A stretch of 63,925 nucleotides of DNA, filler included, from Octopus bimaculoides (lineage: Eukaryota), in assembly GCF_001194135.2 (NCBI RefSeq). It is 12 parts of 12 records of this genome, joined end to end, with 100 filler letters (N's around TTAATTAATTAA, not from the genome) between each part and the next. Parts side by side here need not be neighbours in the genome. Positions count along the whole stretch, not along the records: positions 7,974 to 17,259 come from NC_069008.1; positions 17,360 to 26,004 come from NC_068996.1; 10 more parts are not named here. One strand, 5' to 3'. Both the position numbers and the translations under genes were made by a program. Every line of letters starts with the position of its first letter. Within the stretch, counting starts at the first letter, position 1. Shown here in pieces: positions 10,901-23,800 of this stretch. The notes beneath the pieces were generated by a model. That model saw only the letters and a list, made by a program, of their open reading frames with translations, had not been told where the DNA came from and ran no database searches.

Positions 10901-13900
10901 CGAACGAACAAACGAACAAACGATAAAACGTACGTACGAACGAACAAAATAACGAAGGAAAGATCGATCGAACGAACGAAAGAATGAACTATGGAACAAA
11001 CGTACGTACGAACGAACAAAAGTATGAATGAAAGAACGAATGTACGTACGAACGAACGTACGTAAGAACGAAAGAACGAACGAACAAAAGAACGAACGAA
11101 CGAAGAAAAGTACGAATGAAAGAACGCACGTACGTACGTAGGAACGAAAGGAGGAACGTACGTACAAACGAAAGTAGGCATGTACGTAAGAACGAACGTA
11201 CGTACGTAAAAACGACCGAACGAACGTACGTACGAACGAACGAAGGTACATATGTATGTACGAACGAACGAACGAACAAATGTACGAAAGAACGAACGAA
11301 GGAACGAACGTACGTAGGAAAGAACAAACGAACGTACGTACGTAAGAAAGAACGATCGAAAAAACGAACGATCTTATGTATGTATGTACGAACGCACGAA
11401 CGAACGTACGTACGAACGAACAAACGTAAGTACGAGTGAACGAACGAATGAACGAGCGTACTAATTACGTAGGCAGGGAATAAGGAAAGAACGTATGTAC
11501 GTACAAACGAACGAACGAAAGGATGAACGAACGAAGGGATGAACGAACGAGTGAAGGTACGAACGAACGACCGAACTAACGAAGGAACAAACGAATGATT
11601 GAAAAAACGAACGAAGGATCGAACGAACGAACGATCGAACGAACGTACGAACGAACGAACGAACGACCGAACAAACGAACAAATGAATGTACGTACGAAA
11701 GAACGAAGGAATGAATGATCGAACGGACGTANNNNNNNNNNNNNNNNNNNNNNNNNNNNNNNNNNNNNNNNNNNNNNNNNNNNNNNNNNNNNNNNNNNNN
11801 NNNNNNNNNNNNNNNNNNNNNNNNNNNNNNNGTTCGTTCGTTCGTACGTAATTACGTTTATACGTTCGTTCGATCGTGCTTTCTTACGTACGTACTTAGG
11901 TTCGTTCGTTCTTTCCTACGTACCTTTGTTCTTTCGTCCATTTGTTCGATCGTTCGTTCGTACATACATACGTTCGTTCGTTCTTTTGTTCGTTCGTTCG
12001 TTCTTTTGTTCATACATACGTTCGTTCGTTCCTACGTACGTTCGTTCTTTCATTCGTTCTTTTCTTCGTTCGTTCATTCGTTCGTACGATTGTTCGTTCC
12101 TTCATACGTACGTTCCTTCGTTCGTTGCTTCGTACGCACGTACTTTCGTTCGGTCGTACGTACGTACGTTCATTCGTTTGTTCGTTCGTGAGATCGCTCG
12201 TTCGTACGTACGTTCGTTCGATCATTCATTCCTTCGTTCTTTCGTACGTACATTCGTTCGTTCGTTCATTCCTTTGTTTGTTCGTTCGTACGTACGTTCC
12301 TTCAATAGTTCGTTCGTTCACTCATTCGTTCGTACGTACATACGTTCGTTCGATCGTTGTTTCTAACGTACGTACGTTCGTTTGTTCTTTCGTTCTTTCC
12401 TATGTACGGACGAACGTTCGTTCGTTCGTACGTACGTTCGTTCTTTCGTACATTTGGTCGTTCGTTCGAACATACTTACGTTCGTTCTTACGTACGTTCT
12501 TTCGGTCGTTTTTACGTACGTACGTTCGTTCTTACGTACGTGCCTTCGTTCGTTCGTTTGTACGTTGGTTCGTACGTACGTACGTACGTTCGATCGATCG
12601 TTCTTTCGTATGAACGTTCGTTCGTTCGTCCCTAACTATGTACGTTCGTTTGTTCGTTCGTACCTACGATCGTTCGTTCGTACGTACGTTCGTTCGGTCG
12701 TACGATTGTTCGTTCGTACCTACGTTCGTTCGTTCTTTCCTTCGTACGTACGTTCGTTCGGTCGTACGTACGTACGTTCATTCGCCTGTTCGTTCGTTCT
12801 TTTGTTCTTTCGTTCGTTCGATCTTTCGTTCGTTCATACGGACGTACGTTCACGCGTTCTTACGTACGTTTGCTCGTTCGTTCGTTCATGCCTTCGTTCG
12901 ATCATTCGTTCGTTCGTACGTACATACGTTCTTTCCTCATTCCCTGGCTACGTAATACGTACGAACGTTCGTTCCTTCGTTCGATCACTCGTACGTACGT
13001 TCGTTTGTTTGTTTGTTCGTTCGTACGTACTTACGTATATACGTTCGTTCGATCGTTCTTTCTTACGTACGTACTTTGTTCGTTCGTTCTACCCTACGTA
13101 CGTACGGACGAACGTTCGTTCGTACGTACCTTTCTTCTTTCGTCCATTTGTTTGTACGTTCGTACATACGTACGTTCGTTCGTTCTTGTTTCGTACGTAC
13201 CTACGTTCGTTCGATCATTCATTCCTTCGTTCTTTCGTACGTACATTCGTTCATTCGTTCGTTTGTACGTACATACGTTCTTTCCTTATTCCCTGCCTAC
13301 GTAATACGTATGATCGTTCGTTCATTCGTTCGTTCATTCATTCGTTTGTTCGATCGTTCCTTTGTTCGTTCGTACGTATGTTCGTTCAATAGTTCGTTCG
13401 TTCATTAATTCGTTCGTACGTACATGCGTTCGTTCGATCTTTGTTTTTAACGTACGTACGTTCGTTTGTTCGTTCGTTTATTCCTACGTACGTATGTACG
13501 AACGAACGTTCGTTCGTTCGTACGTACTTACGTATATACGTTCGTTCAATCGTTCTATCTTACGTACGTACTTAGATTTGTTCGTTCGTTCTTTCATACG
13601 TACGTACGGACGAACGTTCCTTCGTTCGTTCGTACGTACCTTTGTTCTTTCGTCCATTTGTTCGTTCGATCGTTCGTTCGTACATACGTACGTTCGTTCG
13701 TTCATACGTACGTTCGTTCGTTCTTTTGTTCGTTCGTTCTTTTGTTCGTGCGTTCGTTCGTTCCTACGTACGTTCGTTCTTTCATTCGTACTTTTCATTC
13801 TTTCGTTCTTTTCTTCGTTCGTTCGTATGAACGTTCGTTCGTACCTACGTCCGATCGATCGTCGTTCGTTCGATGTTTCGTTCGTTATTTCCTTCATTCG

Positions 13901-16900
13901 TTCGTACGTACGTTTGTTCGTTCGTACGATTGTTCGTTCCTTCATATGTACGTTCGTTCGTTGCTTCGTACGCACGTACTTTCGTTCGGTCGTACGTACG
14001 TACGTTCATTCATTTGTACGAACGAATGAATGAACGAACGAACTTTGTTCGTTCGTACATACGTTCGTTCGATCGTTGTTTCTAACGTACGTTCGTTTGT
14101 TCGTTCGTTCTTTCCTACGTACGTTCGTTCTTTCGTACATTTGGTCGTTCGTTCGTACGTACGTTCTTTCGGTCGTTTTTACGTACGTACGTTCGTTCTT
14201 ACGTACATGCCTACGTTCGTTCGTTTGTACGTTCGTTCGATCGTTCGTTCGTATGAAAATTCTTTTGTTCGTTCGTACGTAGGAAAGAACGAACGAACAA
14301 ACCTAAGTACGTACGTAAGAAAGAACGATCGAACGAACGTATATGCGTAAGCACGTACGAACGAACGAACAGACAAAGTAACGTACGTACGAGTGATCGA
14401 ACGAAAGAAGGAACGAATGAACGAACGTTCGTACGTATTACGTAGCCAGAGAATAAGGAAAGAACGTATGTACGTACGAACGAATGAACGAACGAGCAAA
14501 CGTACGTACGAACGAGTGAACGTACTACGTATGAACGAACGAACGAGAGATCGAAATAACGAACGCATGAACGAAATAACGAACGAACCTAAGTACGTAC
14601 GTAAGAAAGAACGATCAAACGAACGTATATACGTACGAACGAACGAACGAACGAACAAGCGAATGTACGTACGGACGAACGTACGTTCCTTCGTTCGTAC
14701 GTACCTTTGTTCTTTCGTCCATTTGTTCGTTCGTACATACGTACGTTTGTACGTACGTACGTTCGTACGTACGTTCGTTCGATCATTCATTCCTTTGTTC
14801 TTTCGTACGTACATTCGTTCGTTTGTACGTACATACGTTCTTTCCTTATTCCCTGCCTACGTAATTCGTATGATATTTCGTTCATTCGTTCCTTCACTCG
14901 TACTTACGTACGTTCGTTTGTTCGTTCGTACGTACGTTCATTCAATAGTTCGTTCGTTCATTCATTCGTTCGTACGTACATACGTTCGTTCGATCGTTCT
15001 TTCTCAAGTACGTTCATTTGTTCGTTCATTCTTTCCTACGTACGTATGTACGTTCGATCGTTCGTTCGATCGTTCGTTCCTAACTACGTACGTTCGTTTG
15101 TTCGTTCGTACCTACGTCCGTTCGATCGATCGTTCGTTGGTTCGATATTTCGTTCGTTCCTTCGTTATTTCGTTCGTACGATTGTTCGTCCGTACGTACG
15201 TTCGTTCCTTCCTACGTACGTCCATTCGCTTGTTCGTTCGTTCTTTTGTTCGTTCGATCTTTCGTTAGTTCTGTCGTTCGTTCGTTCGTACGTACATACG
15301 TTCTTTCCTTATTCCCTGGCTACGTAATACGTACGAACGTTCGTTCATTCGTTCGTTCCTTCGTTCGATCACTCGTACGTACGTTCGTTTGTTTGTTCGT
15401 TCGTGCGTTCGTACGTACGTTCGTTCGTTGGTTCGTACGTATATACGTTCGTTCGATCGTTCTTTCTTACGTACGTACTTAGGTTTCTTCGTTCGTTCTT
15501 TCCTACGTACGTACGTACGGACGAACGTTCGTTCCTTCGGTCGTTTTTACGTACGTTCGTTCGTACGTACATGCATACGTTCGTTCGTTCATTCGTACGT
15601 ACGTACGTTCGTTCTTTTTCTCGTACGTACGTTCGTTCTTTTTTTCCTACGTACGTACGTCCGTTCGATCATTCATTCCTTCGTTCTTTCGTACGTGCAT
15701 TCATTCGTTCGTTTGTTCGGTCGTTCGTTCGTACGTACGTTCGTTCGATCGTTCGTTCGTTCGATCTTTCGTTCGGTCTTTTCAATCATTCATTCGTTCC
15801 TTCGATTGTTCGTTCGTTCGTACGTTCACTCGTTCGTTCATCCCTTCGTTCGTTCGTTTGTACGTACATACGTTCTTTCCTTATTCCCTGCCTACGTAAT
15901 TAGTACGCTCGTTCATTCGTTCGTTCACTCGTACTTACGTACGTTCGTTCGTTCGTTCGTGCGTTTGTACATACATACATACGATCGTTCGTTCATTCAT
16001 TCGTTCGTGCGTACATACGTTCGTTTGTTCGATCGTTCTGTCTTACGTACGTACGTTCGTTTGTTCTTTCCTACGTACGTTCGTTCCTTCGTTCGTTCTT
16101 TCGTACATTTGTTCTTTCGTTCGTTCGTACATACTTATGTACCTTCGTTCGTTCGTACGTACGTTCGTTCGTACGTACGTTCGTTCGTACGTACGTTCGT
16201 TCGGTCGTTTTTACGTACGTACGTTCGTTCTTACGTACATGCCTACTTTCGTTTGTACGTACGTTCCTTCTTACGTTCGTTCGTTCTCTCGTTCCTACGT
16301 ACGTACGTACGTTCGTTCGTACGTACGTGCGTTCTTTCATTCGTACTTTTGTTCGTTTGTTCTTTTGTTCGTTCGTTCTTTCGTTCGTACGTACGTTTGT
16401 TCCATAGTTCATTCTTTCGTTCGTTCGTTCGATCTTTCCTTCGTTATTTTGTTCGTTCGTACGTACGTTTGATCGTTCGTTCGTTTGTTCGTTTGTTAGT
16501 TCTTTCGTACGTACTTCCGTTCACTCGTTCGTATGTACGTTTGCTCGTTCGTTCATGCCTTCGTTCATTCGTACGTACATACGTTCTTTCCTTATTCCCT
16601 GCCTACGTAATACGTACGAACGTTCGTTCATTCGTTCGTTCACTCGTTCGTTCGTTCACTCGTTCGTTCGTTCGTTTGGTTGTACGTTCGTTCGTTCAAT
16701 AGTTCGTTCATTCATTCGTTCGTACGTACATACGTTCGTCCGTTCGATCTTTCTTTCTTTCGTTCTTTCGTATGAACGTTCGTTCGTTCCTAACTACGTA
16801 CGTTCGTTCGATCGTTCGTTCGTATGAACGTTCGTTTGTTTGTTCGTACCTACGTCCGTTCGATGTTTCGTTCGTTCCTTCCTTATTCCCTGGCTTCGTA

Positions 16901-17259
16901 ATTCGTACGAACGTTCGTTCCTTCGTTCGATCACTCGTACGTACGTTCGTTTGTTTGTTCGTTCGTGTGTTCGTACGTACGTTCGTTCGTTCGTTGCTTC
17001 GTACGCACGTACTTTCGTTCGGTCGTACTTACGTACCTCCATTCGTTTGTTCGTTCGTTAGATCGGTCGTTCGTACGTACGTACGGTCACTCGTTCGTAC
17101 GTACATTCGTTCGTTCGTACGTACATGCGTACGTTCGTTCGTTAGTTCAATCGTTCATTCGTTCGTACATACGTTCGTACGTACGTACGTTCGTTCTTTT
17201 TTCGTACGTACGTACGTTCGTTCGATCATTCATTCCTTCGTTCTTTCGTACGTACATTC
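7974..17259. repeat. Complex CpG-rich satellite built from AACG/TACG tetramers, with higher-order landmarks and strand inversions
   Basis: About 9.3 kb of AACG/ACGT/TACG units; landmark GGAATAAGGAAAGAACGTA recurs about 12 times in both orientations. All ORFs here (FVRS/NERT repeats) are repeat translations. Confidence 0.95.
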
Positions 17260-17359
17260 NNNNNNNNNNNNNNNNNNNNNNNNNNNNNNNNNNNNNNNNN
17301 NNNTTAATTAATTAANNNNNNNNNNNNNNNNNNNNNNNNNNNNNNNNNNNNNNNNNNNN

Positions 17360-17444
<85 letters not shown>
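17360..17444. repeat. (TAT)n, i.e. (AAT)n, run at the 3' end of the Dong-like element
   Basis: Directly visible. Confidence 0.95.
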
Positions 17445-20400
17445 GCTTTTGCACAGCTTCTAGCGCTGGAGATGTACTACAGTGTCAGCTGTCCACTACC
17501 AGTGAACTAAGGTAACACCTCATATTTTTCGAGCAGCTTCCGGAGTATTCGATCGGTTCCAAGCAGTTCTGTTCTCTGCAAGTGCACCACCCTTATTGCA
17601 TCTCCTATTTGTTCCACATACTTCTCGAGATTTTTGCTCACTGTTCCCAGGGCTCCGATAATTATTGGTACTACTGCTACCTTTTTCATCGAACACAACT
17701 GCTTAACTTCCCGAGCTAACCTGTCATATCACTCGACTTTTCTTTCTTCCTTATCGCATACCTTGTTTTCAGCTGGGCATGCTATATCTATGATCCAGCA
17801 TAGTTTGTTTTCTTTCTCAATTAAGACTATTTCTGGTTTCCTGTTCTCTTTCTCATGGTCGCATTGAATCATAAAATCCCATNNNNNNNNNNNNNNNNNG
17901 TAATATGCCATACGGTTTCACCGTTTTGTCCACAGATTCTGCACTTATCACTTTCTGATGTGTTGTCTATTCTGTATTTTATGTAGTTTGTTCTTAGTGC
18001 TTGCTCTTGGGAAGCACAGATTAGAGCCTCCGTTTCCGGTTTCAAGTCACTGTTAGTCATACACAGCCATCTATTTTCTCTGTCTGACTTATCTTCAACA
18101 TCCCTATGAAATTGTCCACACATTCTTTTCTTTACCCACCTATTTTCAGTTTCATTCGTTTTCAATTTCTTTTATAGTGCTTTATCTTTGTAATCTTTTA
18201 TTCTACACAAGCCTGACCTTCTTATTTCTAGTGATAGAGGTTCTCTAGCTTTTTTTACATTCCATGCTATGTTGTTTCCTTCTGCTCTAATGCCGAGTTT
18301 GCATCCAATAAGTCCTCTTCCCCCTCTTTTTATTGATACATACAGTCTGTGTGTGTCACTCTTTGGGTGGAGTGACACATATCTAGTTAGAAACGTCCTT
18401 GTATTTCTGTCTAAGCTGTTTAGTTCGTCTACTGTTCATGCGATAACCCCTGTTCCATATCTAAGGAGTGAAACCGCCCAGGTGTTGATAGCTTCGATCT
18501 TATTCCGTCCGTTTAATTTCGACTTAAGGATCAGTCTCAGTCTGCGTAAGTACTCCACCTTAAATTTTTCTGTCAATTTATCCATTTCAAAAACCCCCAA
18601 GTACTTATGACCCGTCTCTTCTATCTGCTTCCTAACCTCCCCCGACGGTATCGCTAGCCCGTCCATACATTTGATTTTGCCTCTCTTCAAGTCTAACACA
18701 CCACACTTTCTCAGTCCGAAATCCATTCTGATATCAGTACTAAAGGTATACACCGTATCAACGAGAGAATTGACTTGGGCTTCATCTTTACCATACAGTT
18801 TGAGGTCATCCATGAATAACAAATGGTTGACTTTTTGTCGGGGCTTTTGAATACGTACCCAGCCTTTGCTTTCCTCAGAATCAGTGGTATCAAGCACTGT
18901 ACAAAGATCAGTGGGAGACAGGCAGTACCTTTGAAAGATACCCCTACTATTTTCTATTGTCCCTAAACTTCTTCCGTATACTGTCAGGTCCGTCCTCCAA
19001 TTTGCCATACTCTTTCCAAGCAATCGCTCAACATTCGATGTAATACCAAATAGGTTCATACATTCCATAATCCTAGAATGTGGGATCATATCGTATGTCT
19101 TACGATAATCGATCCATGACATGGCTAAGTTACTTTTCCTCTTCTTGCAGTCTCTAAGTACAGTTTTGTCTACCAGCTGTTGATCCTTAGTACCTCTGCA
19201 CTTACGCTTGTAACTTTTCTGCTCATGTGGAAGGACTCCATTTTTCCCCGATGTCCGAAAGCTGACTCTGCAACTATTCCAGTCAATAACTTCCACATAA
19301 GTGGCAAACAGGATATCGGCCTGCAATTGTTTACCGTATTGCTTTTTTCGATGTTTTTCAGGCACAGCGCTGTACTACCCAATGTAAACCACTCTGGTGT
19401 TATTTGGTCAGCATTTAACAAGGTGTTGATTTGTGCAGTTATTCGTGCATGACATTCGCCAAATCTTTTGATCCAGTAGCCTTGAACTCCATTTCGTCCA
19501 GGGGCCTTCCAATTGCCCATTTTTGTTTTTTTGTTTTTTTTTGTTTTTGCTGATTTCCTTCACTTCCCTAACTGAAGTAACTAGTTCTGCCTGTTTCGGA
19601 CAGAGGACTGGTTGTTTCAGTTCTTGCAACCATTCAGCATCCTTCTTGTGCTCCTTGTCTTTGCTCCAGATGTCACTCGAAAACCTTTGACTTTCATTGT
19701 CATCTGGTATCAACTTTTCATCTGTACACTCTCCATTTATTTGTTTGTAGAATCTCTTCTGATCTACTCTGAATAACCTATTCTGCTGGTAACTCTTCAT
19801 TCTTTGGTCGTGTCTTANNNNNNNNNNATTCTGCTGGTAACTCTTCATTCTTTGGTCGTGTCTTACCATCTTTGCTTTCTTTGCAACGAGGCGCTGTTTC
19901 AGTTCCTCCATTACCACTTTCAAGCCCTTTCTTTCACTATCTTACTTCTTGTTCAGTGCCCTACTCTTTTCGGTCTAACACAGAAATATCCTTCGAGAGC
20001 ATGTCTAATCTTTTCCACTATGGATCTTTTCTTTTGTCATTTCCATTATATGTTTTTCTTGACATCAACATCAACGTTTTCCGCCACAACAATACTTGCT
20101 GCCTTGATCAAATTATTTGTTTCTGCGATGGTTTTTGTTCTGACATATTTCAGAATTTCATTCCCATTTTTGGGTTTTTGGTTCAATTGCCTTTCTAAGG
20201 TCGCAAATAATGTCACTATCGTCGTTCTCCTGTAGCCTTGCCTTTATTCTGTCGTAGATTGACTTTTGCCCATCTGTCATGTCACCATTAATTTTATTGT
20301 CTTCTTCCAAATCACCTACATGCTGCAATTAAAAATCTTTCAGTCTCTGCTTTGAGTCCTGAGCTTCTCAGCCATTATTGGGATTTGCTTTGTCTGTTTC

Positions 20401-20480
20401 TTTTCTGTTTAGTTTAACCTATTATTTTCCACGAAGGGGCTTTTTTGCCATCGTTTTATCCTGTTCCATTGCTGTTTCAG
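17445..20480 (-). mobile_element. Long degraded R4/Dong-clade non-LTR retrotransposon (N-terminal region, RT, CCHC knuckle, REL endonuclease)
   Basis: ORF pieces: QQNRLFRVDQKRFY; [24 protein letters not shown]; [33 protein letters not shown]; CRICGQNGETVWH; WDFMIQCD..RKPEIVLI..IIDIACP; VVPIIIGALGTV. Multiple frameshifts and stops. Confidence 0.92.
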
Positions 20481-20494
20481 TTTTTATTATTTAA

Positions 20495-21136
20495 TGTAAA
20501 CTTTCAGCTTATTTTGCTGGGAATGATGGAAAGTGTCAGCTGTCCACAACCAGCAGACTAAGGTGACACTTGTTTACTGGCCATGTTTCAAGAACACTGC
20601 GAAGAATTCTTGCAGTTCCAAGCAATGCTGATTTTTGTTGGTGTTCTACCTTCACACTTGCACCAATCTTCTTTGTTATGTTTGTAGCTGAATGCTGATA
20701 CTTCCAAGTGCACCAATTACTATTGGTATCATGTCTACTCTCCTCATTGACCACAACCTTCGTTTTTCCCACTTCAAATCTTCGTAGTTGTTCAGTTTTT
20801 CTTCTTTCTCTTTGATCTTGTCATCCAGACATCGATTATCATGCAATTTCTTTCGTTTTTGTTCACTATAAAGATGTCTGATTTCCGATATCTGATCAGG
20901 TGATCGCACTGAATCATTAGATCCCACAGGATTTTGCAATCTTCGTTCTCGATGACTCCTTCTGGGGTTTGCTCATACAACCTCTTTGGTTTTTGTAGGT
21001 CGTGATTTCCACAGGGATCCAAATAGATTTTTCTTCCCACATTGTCATGTCGTCTTTTGTAATCGTGTTGTTTCAATTTCGGGCATTCGCTAACCATGTG
21101 CCATACCCTTTCACCCCTCTCATCACAAAATCTACA
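20495..21136 (-). mobile_element. 5'-truncated R4/Dong fragment (CCHC + REL + 3' UTR), head-to-tail with the long copy
   Basis: CRFCDERGERVWHMVSECPKL..RHDNVG..KILWDLMIQCD..IPIVIGALGS..GTARILRSVLE; 3' UTR motif GTGTCAGCTGTCCAC shared with the copy ending at 17445. Confidence 0.88.
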
Positions 21137-21249
21137 TTATTATTGTTGTTGTTGTTGTTGTTGCTTCTGCTGCTGTCGCTGCTTTTCATGTTGCTGTTGT
21201 CGTCGTTGGTGTTGTCATCATCATAATCATCATCATCACCAGCAACAGA

Positions 21250-21299
<50 letters not shown>

Positions 21300-21691
21300 C
21301 AGTAGCAGGAGTAGTAGTAGTAGTAGTAGAGTCTCTGGCTTCATTTAGTTGGTTCTGTGCTCAGTTTAATTATAGTTTCGATCGAACCGTAACTCAAGGT
21401 TTACGACGAGGAGGAGCATTTACGATGATGTAGTAAGCATTTAAAGCAGAGGTCATCGCGTTGCCCCGTCTGGAGCCACCTTTCTGCCAGTTCTTTTATC
21501 CCACATTGATACTATTTCTTGTCCTTGGAGGCGAGAACTCGTCCATTGAAGCGTCCACCTATTCTCGATTGATGAAGCCTCGCGAACACTGGAAATTAGT
21601 CGTGAATCGGAACAAGTAATACATACATACATACAACAAGTTTATCCCGTGTCGTTCGAGCTGTATGATATCATGCTGCCTAAGGGCTCGC

Positions 21692-21927
21692 TTTTTTATT
21701 TCTTTATTGCCCACAAGAGGCTAAACATAGAGGGGACAAACAAGGACAGACAAAGGGATTAAGTCGATTACATCAACCCCAGTGCGTAACTGGTACTTAA
21801 TTTATCGACCCCGAAAGGATGAAAGGCAAAGTTGACCTCGGCGGAATTTGAACTCAGAACGTAGCGGCAGACGAAATACCGCTAAGCATTTCGCCCGGCG
21901 TTCTAACGTTTCTGCCAGCTCGCCGCC
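21692..21927 (-). mobile_element. tRNA-derived SINE family B, full length, tail type 1
   Basis: Minus strand GGCGGCGAGCTGGCAGAAACGTTAG (A-box-like), GAGTTCAAATTCC (B-box-like), central GCCTTTCATCCTTTCGGGGTCGATAAATTAAGTACCAG, tail ending AATAAAGAAATAAAAAAG. Confidence 0.88.
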
Positions 21928-22187
21928 TTTCTGGCTCGCTTTCTGTTAAACAATGCCGGTTATTCTTGCCACACAATGGCATACATCAATTCCAGCTGTT
22001 CGGAATAGCGGCTGGTATCGATGATTCGACCNNNNNNNNNNNNNNNNNNNNNNNNNNNNNNNNNNNNNNNNNNNNNNNNNNNNNNNNNNNNNNNNNNNNN
22101 NNNNNNNNNNNNNNNNNNNNNNNNNNNNNNNNNNNNNNNNNNNNNNNNNNNNNNNNNNNNNNNNNNNNNNNNNNNNNNNNNNNNNNN

Positions 22188-22231
<44 letters not shown>

Positions 22232-23043
22232 TGATCCTAAGTCAAGTAAAATCATATGAAATAGGATGAAGATGTGACTTAGCATGGAAGAGTCACACCA
22301 AATACGTCAAAGAGTAGACTAATTAACTGTTGACGGAAATTAGCTATTTGCTGTAAGCATTTCCATATGTCCTTCAGCAGGTTTCTCAGATAACGTCAAC
22401 ACTATAGCGAAAGTCATCGGTCAAGATGAGTGTGATGTCTAAGGGATAAATACACATCATCTTACCTAATTTTAATTTATATATATCTGTGTGTATATGT
22501 GCATACACACACATATATGTGTGTGTGAGTATGTATGTATGAGTATATATGTATGTGTGTGAGTATGTATATATATATTTAATTTCGTAGAATTTTTTAA
22601 ATTAAAAATTTTTTTAATTTTATTTAATTTATTTATTTTATTAATCTATTTTTATTATTGATTTATTATTACTTTTTATATTTTTATAATTTTAATATTT
22701 AAAACATTTCTTTTAACTTTAACTTTTACTTTGCTTTAATTTTAATGTTATAAATTTTAATTTTTTAGTTTAAATCTTAATCCTTAATCTATTTAATGAC
22801 TTAATTTGTTAAATTTCTTCTAATTTAATTTGATTTAAAATCATATTCGGCATTCAAGATTATTTGGTTTTACATAGCGTTGATTTTATTTTATTTTAAC
22901 ATCATATTTCTTCCTCTATTTATAATATCCAAGCTCACTAATGCTTTCTCAACGTTCCCACTATAATGTAGATACTGCTGATCTTTCTTTCATTTACTAA
23001 TACAATTCCTCGCTATGCCGGTTTGTACAAATGACAAAATATT

Positions 23044-23800
23044 CTTTTCCACTATAGACACAAGGCCCGAAATTTGGGGGGAGTGGGCTAGTCGATTAGA
23101 TCGAACCAATACGCAGATGGTACTTAATTTATCGATCTAAAGAATGAAAAGTAAAGTTGACCTCGACGGAATTTGAACTCAGATGTAAAGACAGACGAAA
23201 TACTGCTAAGCATTTTGCCCGGTGACCAAATATTAAAAATATAAATGGATCATGTATGTATGTGGCCTATATGAAATTTCAACACAATATATGGATAGTA
23301 TCTAACCTATAAACATTGCAAATGTTTTCGTGTATGATGGCCCTATTACAAACACTAATGTTTTTATGACTGTCCTTTCCTTAATTTCTTATTTCTTTAT
23401 TGCCTACAAGGGGCTAAACATAGAGAGGGCAAACAAGGACAGACAGAGGGATTAAGTCAATTACATCGACCCCAATGCGTAACTGGTACTTAATTTATCG
23501 ACTTCGAAAGGATGAAAGGCAAAGTCAACCTCGGTGGAATTTGAACTCAGACAGACGAAATACCTATTTCATTATTTCCCACAAGGGGCTAAACATAGAG
23601 GGAACAAACAAGAACAGACGAACGGATTAAGTCGATTACATCGACCCCAGTGCGTAACTGGTACTTAATTTATCGACCCCGAAAGGATGAAAGGCANNNN
23701 NNNNNNNNNNNNNNNNNNNNATCTCAGAACGTAACGGCAGACGAAATACCGCTAAGCATTTCGCCCGGCGTTCTAACGATTCTGCCAGCTCGCCGCCTTT
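23044..23800 (-). mobile_element. Cluster of three SINE family B copies (about 23044-23224, 23391-23556, 23567-23800)
   Basis: Repeated GGTACTTAATTTATCGAC..GAATTTGAACTCAG blocks; both tail types are present. Confidence 0.85.

Noticed and set aside
7918-17315. Dozens of long ORFs (FVRS/YVRT/NERT repeats, up to 437 aa)
   Set aside because: They are translations of the tetramer satellite, open on both strands and in several frames because the repeat lacks stops.
22780-22960. Possible endonuclease-like remnants in AT-rich DNA (also at about 29050-29290, 41300-41700, 63250-63400)
   Set aside because: Too degraded to assign by eye; would need TBLASTN or a repeat library.
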